A DNA stretch of 58,702 nucleotides, from the NCBI GenBank assembly GCA_026025075.1, contig JAPEUI010000047.1, positions 62,001-120,702 on the forward strand, read 5' to 3'. The notes below the pieces were generated by a model. It searched no databases and was not told where the DNA came from. It worked only from the letters and a program-made list of their open reading frames with translations. Source of the DNA: Vezdaea acicularis (taxonomy: Eukaryota). Positions 25,573 through 37,414 of the stretch are shown here, piece by piece; position 1 is the first letter of the stretch, and each line of letters begins with the position of its first letter. The translations under genes were made by a program, and so were the position numbers.

Positions 25573-26712
25573 TCAGATATGAAATCCATCATGCCTGGGA
25601 GGATCTGCAAATCTCCAAAGACCGGCATCTTCAGCAGCTTTCCGCACACTTGAAACCTCTTGAGCAGTGATTGGTCGGTTGATTTCTTCATAACGCAAGG
25701 GGTACTCTTTAGTCTTCGCGGCGACTCTGTCAGTCTCAACAGATCTCCCTTTCAACGCAGGTTCTAGACTTTGGCCTCTGAATGTAGCACGTGAAGGCTT
25801 TCCCACATGGGCGTCTGGATGATACTGCTCCATGATGTTAACAAAAACATCCGTCGACAAGTTGCTCGCAAGCCAACGCATGATTTCCTGCCCTTCACCT
25901 TCCTTGCCCGGCATGACCAGATGCCTGACTAACACACCTTTCTTTGCTATTCCATCCGGCGTAAAGCATAAATCTCCAACCTGCGCATGCATGGCCTTAA
26001 TACTGTCAATCGCCGCCCCGGTATAGTTATCTGCCTTCAGCAGTCTCTTTGACGTAGAGTCTTTCCAAACTTTGAAGTCGGGGAGATAGATGTCGATCAA
26101 ACCATCCAAGAGCTCCAATGACGCGAGAGAATCGTATGAGGAGCTATTGTAGATAATGGGCAGCCTCAGCCCCAGCTCCCGTGCATGGAGAATAGACAAC
26201 ACGACTTGCGGCACGACATGCTCCGGCGTAATGAGATTGATATTATGAACCCTGCCAACATCCTGTAGCTTCACGTACCACTCCGCTAGTTCCTCAGGTG
26301 TAAGATCGAAACCTTTTCGTTGGTGGGCGATATCGTGATTTTGGCAGAAGACGCATCTAAGGTTGCAGCCAGAGAAGAAAACGGAGCCAGATCCATTGTG
26401 GCCCTGGATACAAGGTTCTTCGCCGAAGTGAGGCGCGATCACATTGACCTTGACGGTCTCTGCTCCTATCAAGCACGTGCCCGTTTTCTCATAGCGATTC
26501 ACACCGCAGAGCCTGGGGCAGAGGTTACAATTCCGTAAATGGGCGTAAGCAGCAGATCTTTTGTCGGCTGCGTCGAGCGATGAGATGATATGGTATCGCG
26601 GGATGTAGTCATCTAGAAGGAATGGAGGGGCAAGATGCAATCTTCTAGATCCGCAGCATCTAGAGCGCGTCCCAAATCCCCATTGATTTTTCAATGTGCG
26701 TAATGGCAACAT
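25573..26712 (-). CDS. PflX-family radical SAM protein (pyruvate formate-lyase activating enzyme-like)
   Basis: CxxxCxxC (CNLRCVFC), CNLCPRLCGVNR, HFGEEPCIQG, DIYLPDFK, VLVRHLVMPG; intronless 379 aa; Arg-rich N-terminus. Confidence 0.9.
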   Translation of the reverse strand: MLPLRTLKNQWGFGTRSRCCGSRRLHLAPPFLLDDYIPRYHIISSLDAADKRSAAYAHLRNCNLCPRLCGVNRYEKTGTCLIGAETVKVNVIAPHFGEEPCIQGHNGSGSVFFSGCNLRCVFCQNHDIAHQRKGFDLTPEELAEWYVKLQDVGRVHNINLITPEHVVPQVVLSILHARELGLRLPIIYNSSSYDSLASLELLDGLIDIYLPDFKVWKDSTSKRLLKADNYTGAAIDSIKAMHAQVGDLCFTPDGIAKKGVLVRHLVMPGKEGEGQEIMRWLASNLSTDVFVNIMEQYHPDAHVGKPSRATFRGQSLEPALKGRSVETDRVAAKTKEYPLRYEEINRPITAQEVSSVRKAAEDAGLWRFADPPRHDGFHI

Positions 26713-27212
26713 GAAGATTCCGTCAACGTTGGAAATATCGCAGATGCCGGCTCGTCATTCTTTAGCAGCACAGTCATACGGCACATTGGGTAGGATAATC
26801 GAATTGGCTTAGCCAGCGCTGCGTTGCCTCGATAATGCATGCACTATATTCCGCCCAGCCACGAGCAACGTATCAATCCGCCGCACCCATACTCGATTGA
26901 GTTGGTACTACAGGTAACATATCAGACCCAGCTAGGCTCAAGTTCTCAGAAGGTAAAAATAATTCTAGCAAGCTTCGATTACATTATATATCTCCTCGAG
27001 GCCATGAATCTGTTCCCAGTGTTCGCGCAACATGCATGTGTGAAATCTAATAATCTGCAAATGAGTGGCCAACAAAGATGTTACCATGCAAGTATGAATG
27101 TATTTTATGGTGAGCACAAAGCTTAGCCATCGATGACCAACAGAAATCACAAGACTCGAAATGCAGCCACATTCTAAAATCACATCTCCGCAAATTGCTT
27201 AACTGGCCTCTG

Positions 27213-30200
27213 CTATACACCTAAGTATTTATGAATCCATGCAATCACAGCATCAACAAGTTGCTGGAAGCTATCTTGATCCATCTGAGGTCCTTGTTCA
27301 GAGATAGAACTCGCTGAGCTGGGCGTTGTCGTAGGAGTAAGAGGGGTAGGCATTGTCGAAAGCGATACACCTGAGATTGAAGCTAAGAGCGACTCGACCA
27401 AAGTTGCCAAGCTATAAGTTGCCTTATCGTTGGCTAAGGTTGAGGTAGGGTCCACTTTCTCCCAGCTCTTTATGAAGGCAGTTGTGTTGTCGTCCGCTTC
27501 GGTTGAACTCAATGCCTCTTTCTTATCAGTGGTAAACGAAGGTGAAGACTTCTTGTCACCCGGCAAATCTGGAATAGAACTGGTTTTATTGTCTGGTAAA
27601 GTTGAGCTAACAGTTGCCTTGAGATCGACAGCGGTTGGTGTAGAAGTATCTTTATTACTAGATACGCTTGAGTAAGATGTCGGTTTGTCATTGTATGCAG
27701 CAGAGCTGGAAGTTTTTTCGGGATCCAAAGTGGCTAAAGTGGATTTCTTTTGGTCATCTTGCTGGCTTGAGCGAGAAGTTGACTTATCGCTAAGCTTAAT
27801 AGAGCTAATGGTCTCTTCAAGGCCAAGGGTGGCTGAAGTAGAGGTCTTTTTGTCGTTGAGGATGTCCGTGGTACTCTCCTGTTTATCTACAGTAGATACA
27901 ATAGGATCCTTTGTATTATCAAAGGTAGCCGATACAGTGCCCTTCAAATCGTATCGTGTAGTTGCGGTGGACCCTGAGTCCGGCAGCCTGGTAAAAACAA
28001 CGTCAACTTTCTTTGGTCCACTTGCCTTTGCGCCCCTGTTTGAGGGTAGCAAAACTCCCGACCCTTTACTGGGTGTCAAGAGAGAAACAGAAAGGTATCT
28101 TGACGCATTTGGGAACAGCCCGAGGCCAACGCTCTCTAAAACCGAGGAATTGAAACCTGAGGCGGTCTCTGAAGCACTGGATGTGGAGTTCAGATAGTGG
28201 CCGAACGTGGATGATGTAAAGTTTAAGGATGGGGAAGCAGTAGAGCCTGACATGCTGACGGTAGAAGATGAAGATAACCCCAATGTCCTTGTAGATATTG
28301 TAGTAGACGATGACTTTGCCGAGGTGGTTACAGGAGACTCATTCAGAGCATCTGCTTTTATAATATCGGCCGCCTAGAGTAGATATATGTCAGCACCTCT
28401 CCCCAATAACTTGGAAGGAGCTGGATTCGACCTTCTCCGCAACGGCATATACCGGTGCCTGCATATGAGCAGCAGGAATGAGCGGGAAGACACCCGCGTC
28501 GACTACTCTCAAATTTTGCATTCCATACACCCTCAAATGGGGGTCTACAACCCCGCCTAGATCTTGTGGAAGCATAGCACATGTGCCACTAGGGTGAAAC
28601 TCCGTCCGAATTCCATTTTTGATCGTATCAACGAGAGAATTATCATCGGCATCAACTGTAGGGACGAACTGTGCTGGCTCCAACTCAGACATCTCAGGCG
28701 TAGCTAGAATTTCTCGATTAAACCTGAGGGCCTCGACAAGAATCTGAATATCAATTGGATTGGAACCCCATCGAGGGTCTATCGCTGGAGGTTGGAAAGG
28801 GTCGGATGATGTGATATGACACGTACCCCTTGAGAAAGGGTGCATGATTGACACAGTCAAGCTGCCTACATTGTTGTTTATGATCTCGTAGGCGGCAGAG
28901 GTAGCCGATCCAAGTAACTTAATGAGTATATTTTTCTGCGCGGTAAAGCCGCTAAGAACCGTGGGATCAACGTCAGCAACAAGGTATGTACTTGGATCCT
29001 GGTTGGTAACACTCGTGATTACGTCGGCAGCGCGACTTGAGATAGCTGTGAGTGCGGGAAAAGCTAGACCATTCGGCGAGCCAGCCGTCCATGGCCCTAT
29101 TTTAAAATAAGCAGAAGTTGATCGCCTCAGCGGGACAGCTTACCAGTCTTGTCATTATAGTACTCTTCCCTAGCCTGTTCGTTGAGCACCGGGTTAGTAG
29201 AGAGGTCAGCCGGGGAATGAGTGACGTTGTTGTCTTGAAGTGTTAACATCTTGAGTCAATTCGGATCTGGGACAGAACTTACAAGGATAAAAGGTTCCGA
29301 CCAGGTAGTGGTCTTGCAAGTTACTGCCGACCCCGGGCAAGTCCACTGCCACTGGGATCTGATACTGATTGAGTAATGAGCTGGGTCCAATGCCAGACAG
29401 TTGGAGAAGCTGGGCCGAGTGAAGAGAGCCGCATGCAACAATAACTTCACGGGAGCAAGATATTGTCTGTCGTATGCTCGAGGAGTCGGCAGCAAACTAG
29501 ATCTTTTAGTGCTATCAGAAAAAGAGGCAGAATTACTCACTTCCACTCCATTAGCTCGGAGGCCATTTAGGTAGTCCCGAGCATGCAATGCTGGTGGCGG
29601 TGTTCCCGAGTTTTCGCCAAAAATTGGCTGGCCACTGCCCGCACTGCCCTCTCCATTCTCGGTACCTCTAGTAGTGGGAGCACTTGTGATGGGATTTGCA
29701 CTATGGCCGTCAATGAGGATACGGGTGCATTGTTGACCAGTCATGACATGGAAATTAGGGCGTCCAATGTACGGGTCATAATAACCCCTTCTAGCATCTG
29801 AACGTGTTTGGTTGTTTGGGTCCAAGTCCGTTGGCACAAAGCTTGCTCCAGCAGTTGTCCCATCATTTGGGTCGTACGCGGTTGGCACACCAAGTCGATT
29901 AAGCGCCGAAAAGAAGTTTACTGTATTTCAAGTTAGCTAGAGGAGCTTGTTTCATTGAAGAGCAGGGTGGAGTTGACTTGATTGGCTATAGAAATACTTC
30001 GGGTAGCTGACGTGGATTGGGCCGTCGTATCCATGAACAGAAGGGTCTCCGAAGATAGAATACTCATTTCCGATCTCTTGTGAGAAGTCTGCGTTATAAG
30101 TTTCACTCTATGTCACTATGATGAGCTTGATCCGCAAACATACAGACGCGAGAGATGATTACCTTTTTGAAATATGGAAGTAAACTTGACCAGCTCCATC

Positions 30201-30737
30201 CAGGGTTGCCAAGAGTCTCCCATGCGTCGTAGTCTTGCTGTCCCCCTCGATTCCAACACATAGCGTTGAGGATGCTACCACCACCAAGGACCTTTCCTTG
30301 GGGCATCGGTCTCACCGCTCCGTCAAGATAGCTTTGTGGTTCAGTAGTAAGCTTCCAATCGTACTGGCTACCAATGTCACTTCCGACAAATTGTGGAACT
30401 TGGATAAATTCCTCATAATGGTCTCTAGAAACGATTGTCAGAAGTGGCATATGTACTGTCGTCTGAAGAGCGAAACTCACGGATCACCGGCTTCGATTAC
30501 GAGTACATTGACTGAGAGTGTCAGTCAAGCACTAGCTCTCACGTTGTCTTGTGACTTACTATTTGGATCTTCTGATAACCTCATCCCTACAACGAGGCCA
30601 CTGATTCCTCCGCCACAAATAACATAATCGTAAGATTCAGCTAAAGGAGCGTTGAGGTCACGGCCCTCTATATGCCTGGTCCACACAGAGCCGATGAGAC
30701 ATGTCAACATCCATAGGGTTAATGAAATCTTGACCAT
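27213..30737 (-). CDS. Secreted GMC (AA3) oxidoreductase with a long Ser/Thr-rich C-terminal extension
   Basis: Signal peptide, YDYVICGGGISGLV, GKVLGGGSILNAM, TEFHPSGTCAM, LRVVDAG, YAVAEK/AADIIK (intron 28431-28374) continuing in frame into the 356-aa S/T-rich ORF. Confidence 0.88.
27459..27854 (-). repeat. Degenerate 33-nt (11-aa) coding tandem repeat with 99-nt higher-order period
   Basis: DKKTSTSATLG/LEETISSIKLS/DKSTSRSSQQD/DQKKSTLATLD/PEKTSSSAAYN/DKPTSYSSVSS/NKDTSTPTAVD/LKATVSSTLPD/NKTSSIPDLPG/DKKSSPSFTTD/KKEALSSTEAD/DNTTAFIKSWE. Confidence 0.65.
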
Positions 30738-32028
30738 TGTGGCCAGCAGTGACTATAGTACGCTCGGGAACGTCTTGGTTGAAATCCAAACTCAAGGGAA
30801 AGCTGTGACAACAGCGTGATCTGAGGGCCTTGGGGCAAAACCTCAAAACAATACAGACGGCAGATTGGCTAAGGAAAAGAAAACGAGGGGAGTTGCTCAG
30901 CCACCCAGATGAGGGTCGAAAGAGAGTTGTTCGATGGCGGGCACTGAAAGGAAGAACGGAACAATTTTGAGGATGGATGTGTGCAAAGCCTGTATGGCCA
31001 GGTGACATAGCTGGACGGGTTGCTATGGTCGCTCAGGTGAGTACTAATCGGGTAATTGCGCTTGCTATCAAGGCACAGGAAAGGTAGGAACTCGAAGTGG
31101 CAGGAGCCGAAAACCCAATGAAGAAAGCTGCATCTTCATTGACTACCAAAACTGGAAATCACTCGCGCAAATACAATGAGATCATGCTATAGACCTAGAT
31201 CGCTTCAGAGGGAAGTCTTGAGCCTTGCAATGTAGCAGAGCATGGCATTCAAGTGTGTATAGGTTTCGTGGTGGGGATCCACATCCATCAGAACGAGTCT
31301 GTATCGGTAGCAGCACTTCAAAATTTACAGAGGCGAGATATGAGGGGATTCACGGGAAGGATGAGTTAATCTTGCGCGAAGATGCGATAATAATCCACGG
31401 TAACCAAGCAGTCAACATGTAAGTCATTTTAAAATCCGAGTGGGGAAATCTGGCTGATGTCGAAAACGCTGAAATCCCAAAAGGGGGGCCAATTCTGGCT
31501 ACCGTAGCTCGATTTGCTATTTCTAGTGAACCTCGGGTCAGTTCTTTACATCAAATAAAGCTTGAAAGCCAGAATAGTGAATAATTGATACAAGAGAAAG
31601 AGTTTGAATTGCACTAACCAAAGAATGAGAATTACTCTAAGGAGATTCCATTGAAAGTGATCGTTCCTCTTGTATTCGTCAATCAGCGAGTGCTCAAATT
31701 GCTTTGCCTCTCTCCACCAACTGAGCAGTACAATCCTCCCAGACATACTGGAGCGACACTATTATCGACAATAGTGGGTATGACGAAGCGCTTTATAATG
31801 CAGCTCTGTCAATAGTGAGTTTTATGATGCATTGCTTACATTCCGCAAAATCCTACGCCAGGTATATCGCATGCACTCCTAAACGCCCAGACCGTTCCCC
31901 CAGCTCACACGCTTGGAAGCTTGCAATCAAAAAGCGAGGATATCATACAGATACGGCTCTAAGTTCCATAGCCAAGCCCTTTCTCCTTCCATAATCGTAA
32001 TCGTGATCTCGTAAAGTCAAGAGGTCTC

Positions 32029-33391
32029 CTAGTCGATCAACAACTTCTTCGTCTTGCCAACCATGGTCATGCCTAGCACATGCAACGAGTTGGGATCTTC
32101 AGGTCGTACTATCGTCCGTGCGGGTAGCATTGGGTTTTCAGCATTAATGTGTGCAGCATCCTTCGCGGCGGTTTCGATAGCATCCATTTCTTCTTTGCAA
32201 CCTGTATGGTCTAAAGGACAGACGGTAATTGACTTTCGAAGGAGAATGTCTCTTGCAGAACTCAAATGTGCCTTCAAGATTCAACACGTTAGCAAGGCGA
32301 CGCCTACCTGAAACTTCGCGCCTTACCTTGACAGTAAGAAAGTAATCAATCTTGTAGAGTGAGCCAACTGTGGTGAATCCTGAGACAGAATACATTGGGA
32401 AAGCCGGCTTTCCCCTAGGAATCACTCCGTCTGAATCTCGTAGATCTTTCGCGGGGAAAACTAAGCCTAGATTGGTGAAATAGCCAGCGTCCGGCATCCT
32501 CAGTCCTACTTCTTGTGTTTGTTTCGCTAATTTGTTGACTTTCTTCGTGGGTTCGTCACCTTCCGGGTTATATGTAATTTCTTCCTCTATGCCGATGACT
32601 ATTTTCTGTATCGTGACCCTTTTCGCCTTTGACATCCAATCTGGATTCGGTGATAGCTTTATATATATGCTTACTGGATCTAGGGGGCCATATGACCACC
32701 TTGGCAACGAGATTCCTAGGGTTACAAGATGATCTGTTACTCGCTCTGCTGTTTCGGGTCGGTTAAACATTCCAAAGGTTGACAGAGTATCGTATCTTGA
32801 TATTGGAACCGGGAAAGCGTGTTTCCTTTGCTCTTGATTACCTTGCTGGACCATCACCACTAGTTCATAGTATGTTTCTGCTGTTCGTGATGGCAGCTGT
32901 AATGAAGCTGGAGGTACCCTCCTCGCGGTCTCCTCGCCACCTCTGCCGAAAGGTATGAAGAGAACGAATGGTAAGTCCATCGAGAAGACAGTTTCGTATT
33001 CCTTTCCATTCGGGCTTCGGTATAACAGCATCTCCTTGCCGACAATGTCTGATATTTCCTTCCTGGGCGCCGCAAGGTGCTTTCTCGTGAGTGACTCGGC
33101 CGCAGGGTGTATCGTCTCCCTACGGACGAGGGATATAGTGATGAGAGATATAGCGACGGGTTGTGAGAAGCCAGCTGCTGGCCGCACTTCGACTTTTCCT
33201 TCTATCCGGGGCTGAAGGAGCCTTGTGCGTTAGCAGTTGTCTGGAGGATATATTCTTACAAAGTTACGGATGATGCAATCCAAGCACGCGAAAGCTCTGA
33301 GGGGAAAGCTCACCAGTGTTGCAGATATGCCAGGGTATCCGACCAAATAGTTGCTATTTGGTGGCCCCGACACCCGGACGAAAGCCGTCAT
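32029..33391 (-). CDS. Arrestin-fold protein
   Basis: MTAFVRVSGPPNSNYLVGYPGISAT exon; PPASLQLPSRTAETYYEL, YDTLSTFGMF, FTTVGSLYKIDYFLTVK/AHLSSARDI; two coding introns. Confidence 0.78.
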
Positions 33392-33999
33392 CTTCGCTCA
33401 ACTCTCGACTTTACTGCGCAGAACCTATTGGGGGTGAGCGAGGGCGAACATGGCGTAGCAAAGAGCGTACTTACTATTGCCCAGCCAGCTTCGAGGTCAA
33501 GAGCCACGAGAGCTCCCCTCTCAAGCTAAGAAGCTAGACCTCGTTATCCGATGTTTGATGAAGCGAGGCTACGGGTTTCTAGTGTGGGGATGGATCCAAG
33601 ACCTCGTGGGATATCGATGTCTGGTATAGATGGGGTAGGGCGTAACGTTCGATGAGCCTTGGATAAACAAGGAAATGGTTCCGTGAAGATGCCGATCACT
33701 GATCAAGTGGCATAAAGCGATCTGACAGTGTCGAATGTGAGGACGCGCACAACCTTGAGGTCTGGACCCACAAGCATTGGTCGAGTACAAGTGGGACCGA
33801 ACTTGCGCACTGCAGAGTGCACTCCAAAGCTTCAGCCCACCGAACGTCCGGGATTCCGCAACCGAGACCAGCAAGGCTACGTAGTCAAGCGTTCTGATCT
33901 CTGGAGGTTTAACCACATCCCTGCTTTTCGCTGTATCGCGAGAATCTTCAACAAACCTTTGCTGTGTAGCGTACTTGATCAGGAGGATATCAATTCGAG

Positions 34000-34632
34000 A
34001 TGTCAGTCACGGTATACGATCGTTTATTCCTAGTTTTTGAGGCGTTGAAATCTGACCAAGTGCGGGAACAGCTTCACACTTCGCTTGGCGATATTCGAGT
34101 GGAAATCTTCTGTGAAAGCGTCCCAAAGACTGCGGAGGTACGAACATCCGTATCTCCATGCGGTTTTCGCCATCCCCCGATTCACCATAGATGACGCCCA
34201 TATATGTCTAACTGCCAGTTCTAGAATTTTCTCGCCCTCTGCGCTTCTGGATATTACGACAAAACTACATTCCATCGCAACGTTGCCGGTTTCATCATTC
34301 AGGGAGGGGATCCTACTGGCAAAGGCAAAGGGGGACAATCCATTTATGGGCAGAATTTCGAGGATGAAATAAAGCCTGGACTACGGCACTTTGAACGTGG
34401 AACATTGAGCATGGCTAATCGAGGGCCTGATACGAATGCGAGTCAATTCTTTATAACCTACGCCGCGGCCCCACACTTAGACGGCAAGAACACGATCTTT
34501 GGCAAGGTTTTAGAGGGATCAGATACTACATTAGAAAAGATGGAGGCTGTGGAGGTCGACAAGAAATATCGACCAAAGGAGCCAATCTTTCTTAACGCCA
34601 CTACTATCCATGCAAATCCTTTAGCTGATTGA
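34000..34632 (+). CDS. CYP10: Peptidyl-prolyl cis-trans isomerase-like 3 (cyclophilin)
   Basis: MSVT/LHTSLGDIRVEIFCESVPKTAE/NFLALCASGYY...FHRNVAGFIIQGGDP...SMANRGPDTNASQFFITY...TIHANPLAD. Confidence 0.92.
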
Positions 34633-34673
34633 CAAACATATCGACACAAACTGTTCCCTCAAATTCATGATGA

Positions 34674-36282
34674 TTAGCCCCCACCTCCAGTAGCTGGCGC
34701 TGCATCTTGCTCCGACGAATAGGTCTCGGTCTTCATATCGTTCAGCCCCAGCTCTTCCTCTTCCTCTTCGGTTCGGTCGTAGTCTTCAATTACTAGTTGA
34801 GGATCTGCATCCGGCGCGCAAAGATTTTGGACGTAGCTTGAGGCCATAGGGTCCTCTAGGATTATCGTGAAGTACCTTTTGACCTTAATTGCCTCATCCA
34901 TACCAGCGAAGAACTTGTTCCAGGTCATCTTCGACTCAGGCACAAGCGAATCGCCCCCCACGGCTTCATCAGCATCCGTATCAAAGATCTGGGAATGAAG
35001 ATCGTCACGAACTTGCGTCAATAGGCCTTCAACTGTTGTGAAGCGGCCACCAAGGGTCCCTGAGCTTACATGCAGACCGACTTCAGGACAAGAAAGGACA
35101 CATGACTCGGATTTGAGGATGTCGCGGCTGAGGTCCTCGGCTTTCTCTACTTTTAAAGTGATTCGCCGTCCTTTTGATGGAACTGCGCCTCCAGTCTTTA
35201 CCTCATTACTCTTATCTAGGTATGTTTATTAGCAGAGATGTCGTTATTACTCCTTGTGTCCCATTACTCACATCCACAGTGGTCGCACACTGTGCTCATA
35301 ATCACAACCTCCCTAAAATGCGGTATCTCCACCATTTTCATGTGCGTCATACCAGATCTCGTACAGCCAGGGCAACTAGCAGGAAATGAGTAAACTTCGT
35401 CCGGGACAATATCTGATTGCCAGGCCTTGTCTTCGATACTCCTCTGGAGTTGCGGCACAACGGCCTTAGCGGCCTGCTCAGATTCATCCTTGTTCGTATT
35501 GCTGAGTGACAGCGCCTCATTTTGTGCGGCAGTTCGTGCATAGTCAGTACGGACCCACTCCAATTGATTATTTTGCGGCGATGGCTCAATCCAGGAGTTG
35601 CCGGCAGGATCGTCGATAGAGAAATGGAATGGAAACTTCTTGCCACTGAGAATTTCATGCGCCTGAGCAAGTAGAGATTCCATTTTTTCGTACACTTCCG
35701 GTTGAAGACTCTTCCGTGCCGGCTGTCCAAACTCAAGGTCTTCCACAGCCATACTCAGAAGCCCTTCCACATTTGTCATCTGGCCCCGACCAGCGGGTAT
35801 CTCAAGGCCTAGCTCTTCAAATGTTGCGACCCCTGTGTCACTCTTCACGACCTGTCTTGAGAGATCCTTCTTACGGGATAACTTAAGGCTATATCTGGAT
35901 CCGCGCTCTTGTATTTCACCGGCAGACTGAACTTCGGAGTTCTTGAAGTAGCAATGCGGGCAGTAGAACGACATGATAACGATCTCGCGAAAGAAGGGTA
36001 TCCGGGTTAAGAGGAGTCTAGTGATGCCCTGTTGATTTTCAGAGTTAGCGTTGGTGTGGCGTATTGCGGAGCTTGAATGCATCTTACGTCTTTACCACAG
36101 TTCATGCAAAGACTTTCAATCTCGTCCACGGGCATTGGCTCCGAGGGTTCTTTGCTCAAGCTTACGCCCGCTACTGCCGAAGACCCTTCCAGGGCATCAC
36201 TTTGGGTTGTTTTCATCCCTTCTACCTGCTTTCCCACATCTTCGAACAAAGTCGCGCTTGTGGCGACAGAGTCGTGGGCCAT
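34674..36282 (-). CDS. ZPR1: Zinc finger protein Zpr1
   Basis: IESLCMNC, TRLLLTRIPFFREIVIMSFYCPHC, DDPAGNSWI, CPGC...IPHFREVVIMSTVCDHCG, LEDPMASSYVQ, ELGLNDMKTE. Confidence 0.95.
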
Positions 36283-36567
36283 GATGAATTAAGGTTTATC
36301 GAAGTTATGCCGAGACTGTGAACGAGTCAACATGGGGTAACACTTCTCATTTAGGCATAACATGAGCCTTAAGCATTCTAGTCAATCGGCTATACAGGCG
36401 GCTCGTCGCTGGCTATGGCAGATGGGACTGATTACTTGCCAAAAAAAAACTTCATGGCTGATGTCTGGTGGGGCAGCGAAAGGTCTCGCTAAATTAGAGG
36501 CTCCGCCGAGGGGCAAATTTCAGGGTCCAAGAAAGCTCGGCGTCAGTCTCTTTATTTACCTAGAGTT

Positions 36568-37152
36568 TTAAGAATTGTTAGATTCTTTCATGAAATCCAT
36601 AAGGTCTAGGTGAAAGTCCGTGTTGGCAGCAGCGTTTGCTACTCTTCGGCCCGCGAGGATCGCCTGCAGATTCCCATGCTTCCGTGCTCTAGCTCTCGGC
36701 TTCTTGGATCCGTTCATAGCAAGTTGATTGGATATCGCTTTTTGGGTAGAATCATGAGCTTTTCGCCCTAGACCTTTAGTCGAAGGCGCCCGAGGCCGGT
36801 GTGCTTTGGGTGGTATACCAATAGATTGTTGAGTCTGCTGACAGCAGCGGGAGCATTGGCGAACGATCGACGAGCTTTGATTTCGCCCACGGGATATTGG
36901 TGTGGATTGCTGCACTCCTTTCCCAGGCTGTACTATTTTTGATAGCGTAGAAGTCCAGCCTGGGATCAAAACACTGCCACATGCGCTGCAGATCAAATGC
37001 CGGTTGACCAAACCGTGTTCTTGTCTCAGCTCCGAAGTTAAGTTGCTATAGCTTGATAGTAGATGGGCTGAAGTCGCCGGAGCGACTCTGAGCAAAGAGC
37101 TTGCCGACAGAGACAGAAAGTTCTTTCGAAGATCCAGTTCCTTATCTGACAT
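36568..37152 (-). CDS. RNase P/MRP Rpr2/Rpp21/Snm1-family zinc-ribbon protein
   Basis: N-terminal FL..SASSL motif, CSACGSVLIPG and CSRC cysteine pairs, basic C-terminus ending LDLMDFMK; alternative upstream ATG at 37212. Confidence 0.75.
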   Translation of the reverse strand: MSDKELDLRKNFLSLSASSLLRVAPATSAHLLSSYSNLTSELRQEHGLVNRHLICSACGSVLIPGWTSTLSKIVQPGKGVQQSTPISRGRNQSSSIVRQCSRCCQQTQQSIGIPPKAHRPRAPSTKGLGRKAHDSTQKAISNQLAMNGSKKPRARARKHGNLQAILAGRRVANAAANTDFHLDLMDFMKESNNS

Positions 37153-37414
37153 GCTGAATGATTTGCGATATTGATTATAGCATCCTGGTTGAGTGAGCGC
37201 AAAGGCTTGCATACATTTGCGGCGTGAAGTGAAATGCGAAGGATGTGTCTACCGAAGCGAGCTCTCTTTGCGGCTTCCGCTGATCTCATTTTTTGCATCT
37301 CCAGCACATTCGTTGCAAAGCTTTTGCTTTGGGACGATTTCCTTACTATAATGATTTAATCAGTGATAGCCAACCAGTCTTTTTCCATGGTTCTCGACTG
37401 CACCCAAGGTCGCT

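Noticed and set aside
27213..28283. 356-aa Ser/Thr-rich ORF as a separate gene
   Set aside because: TTG start, no signal peptide, and in frame with the last GMC exon
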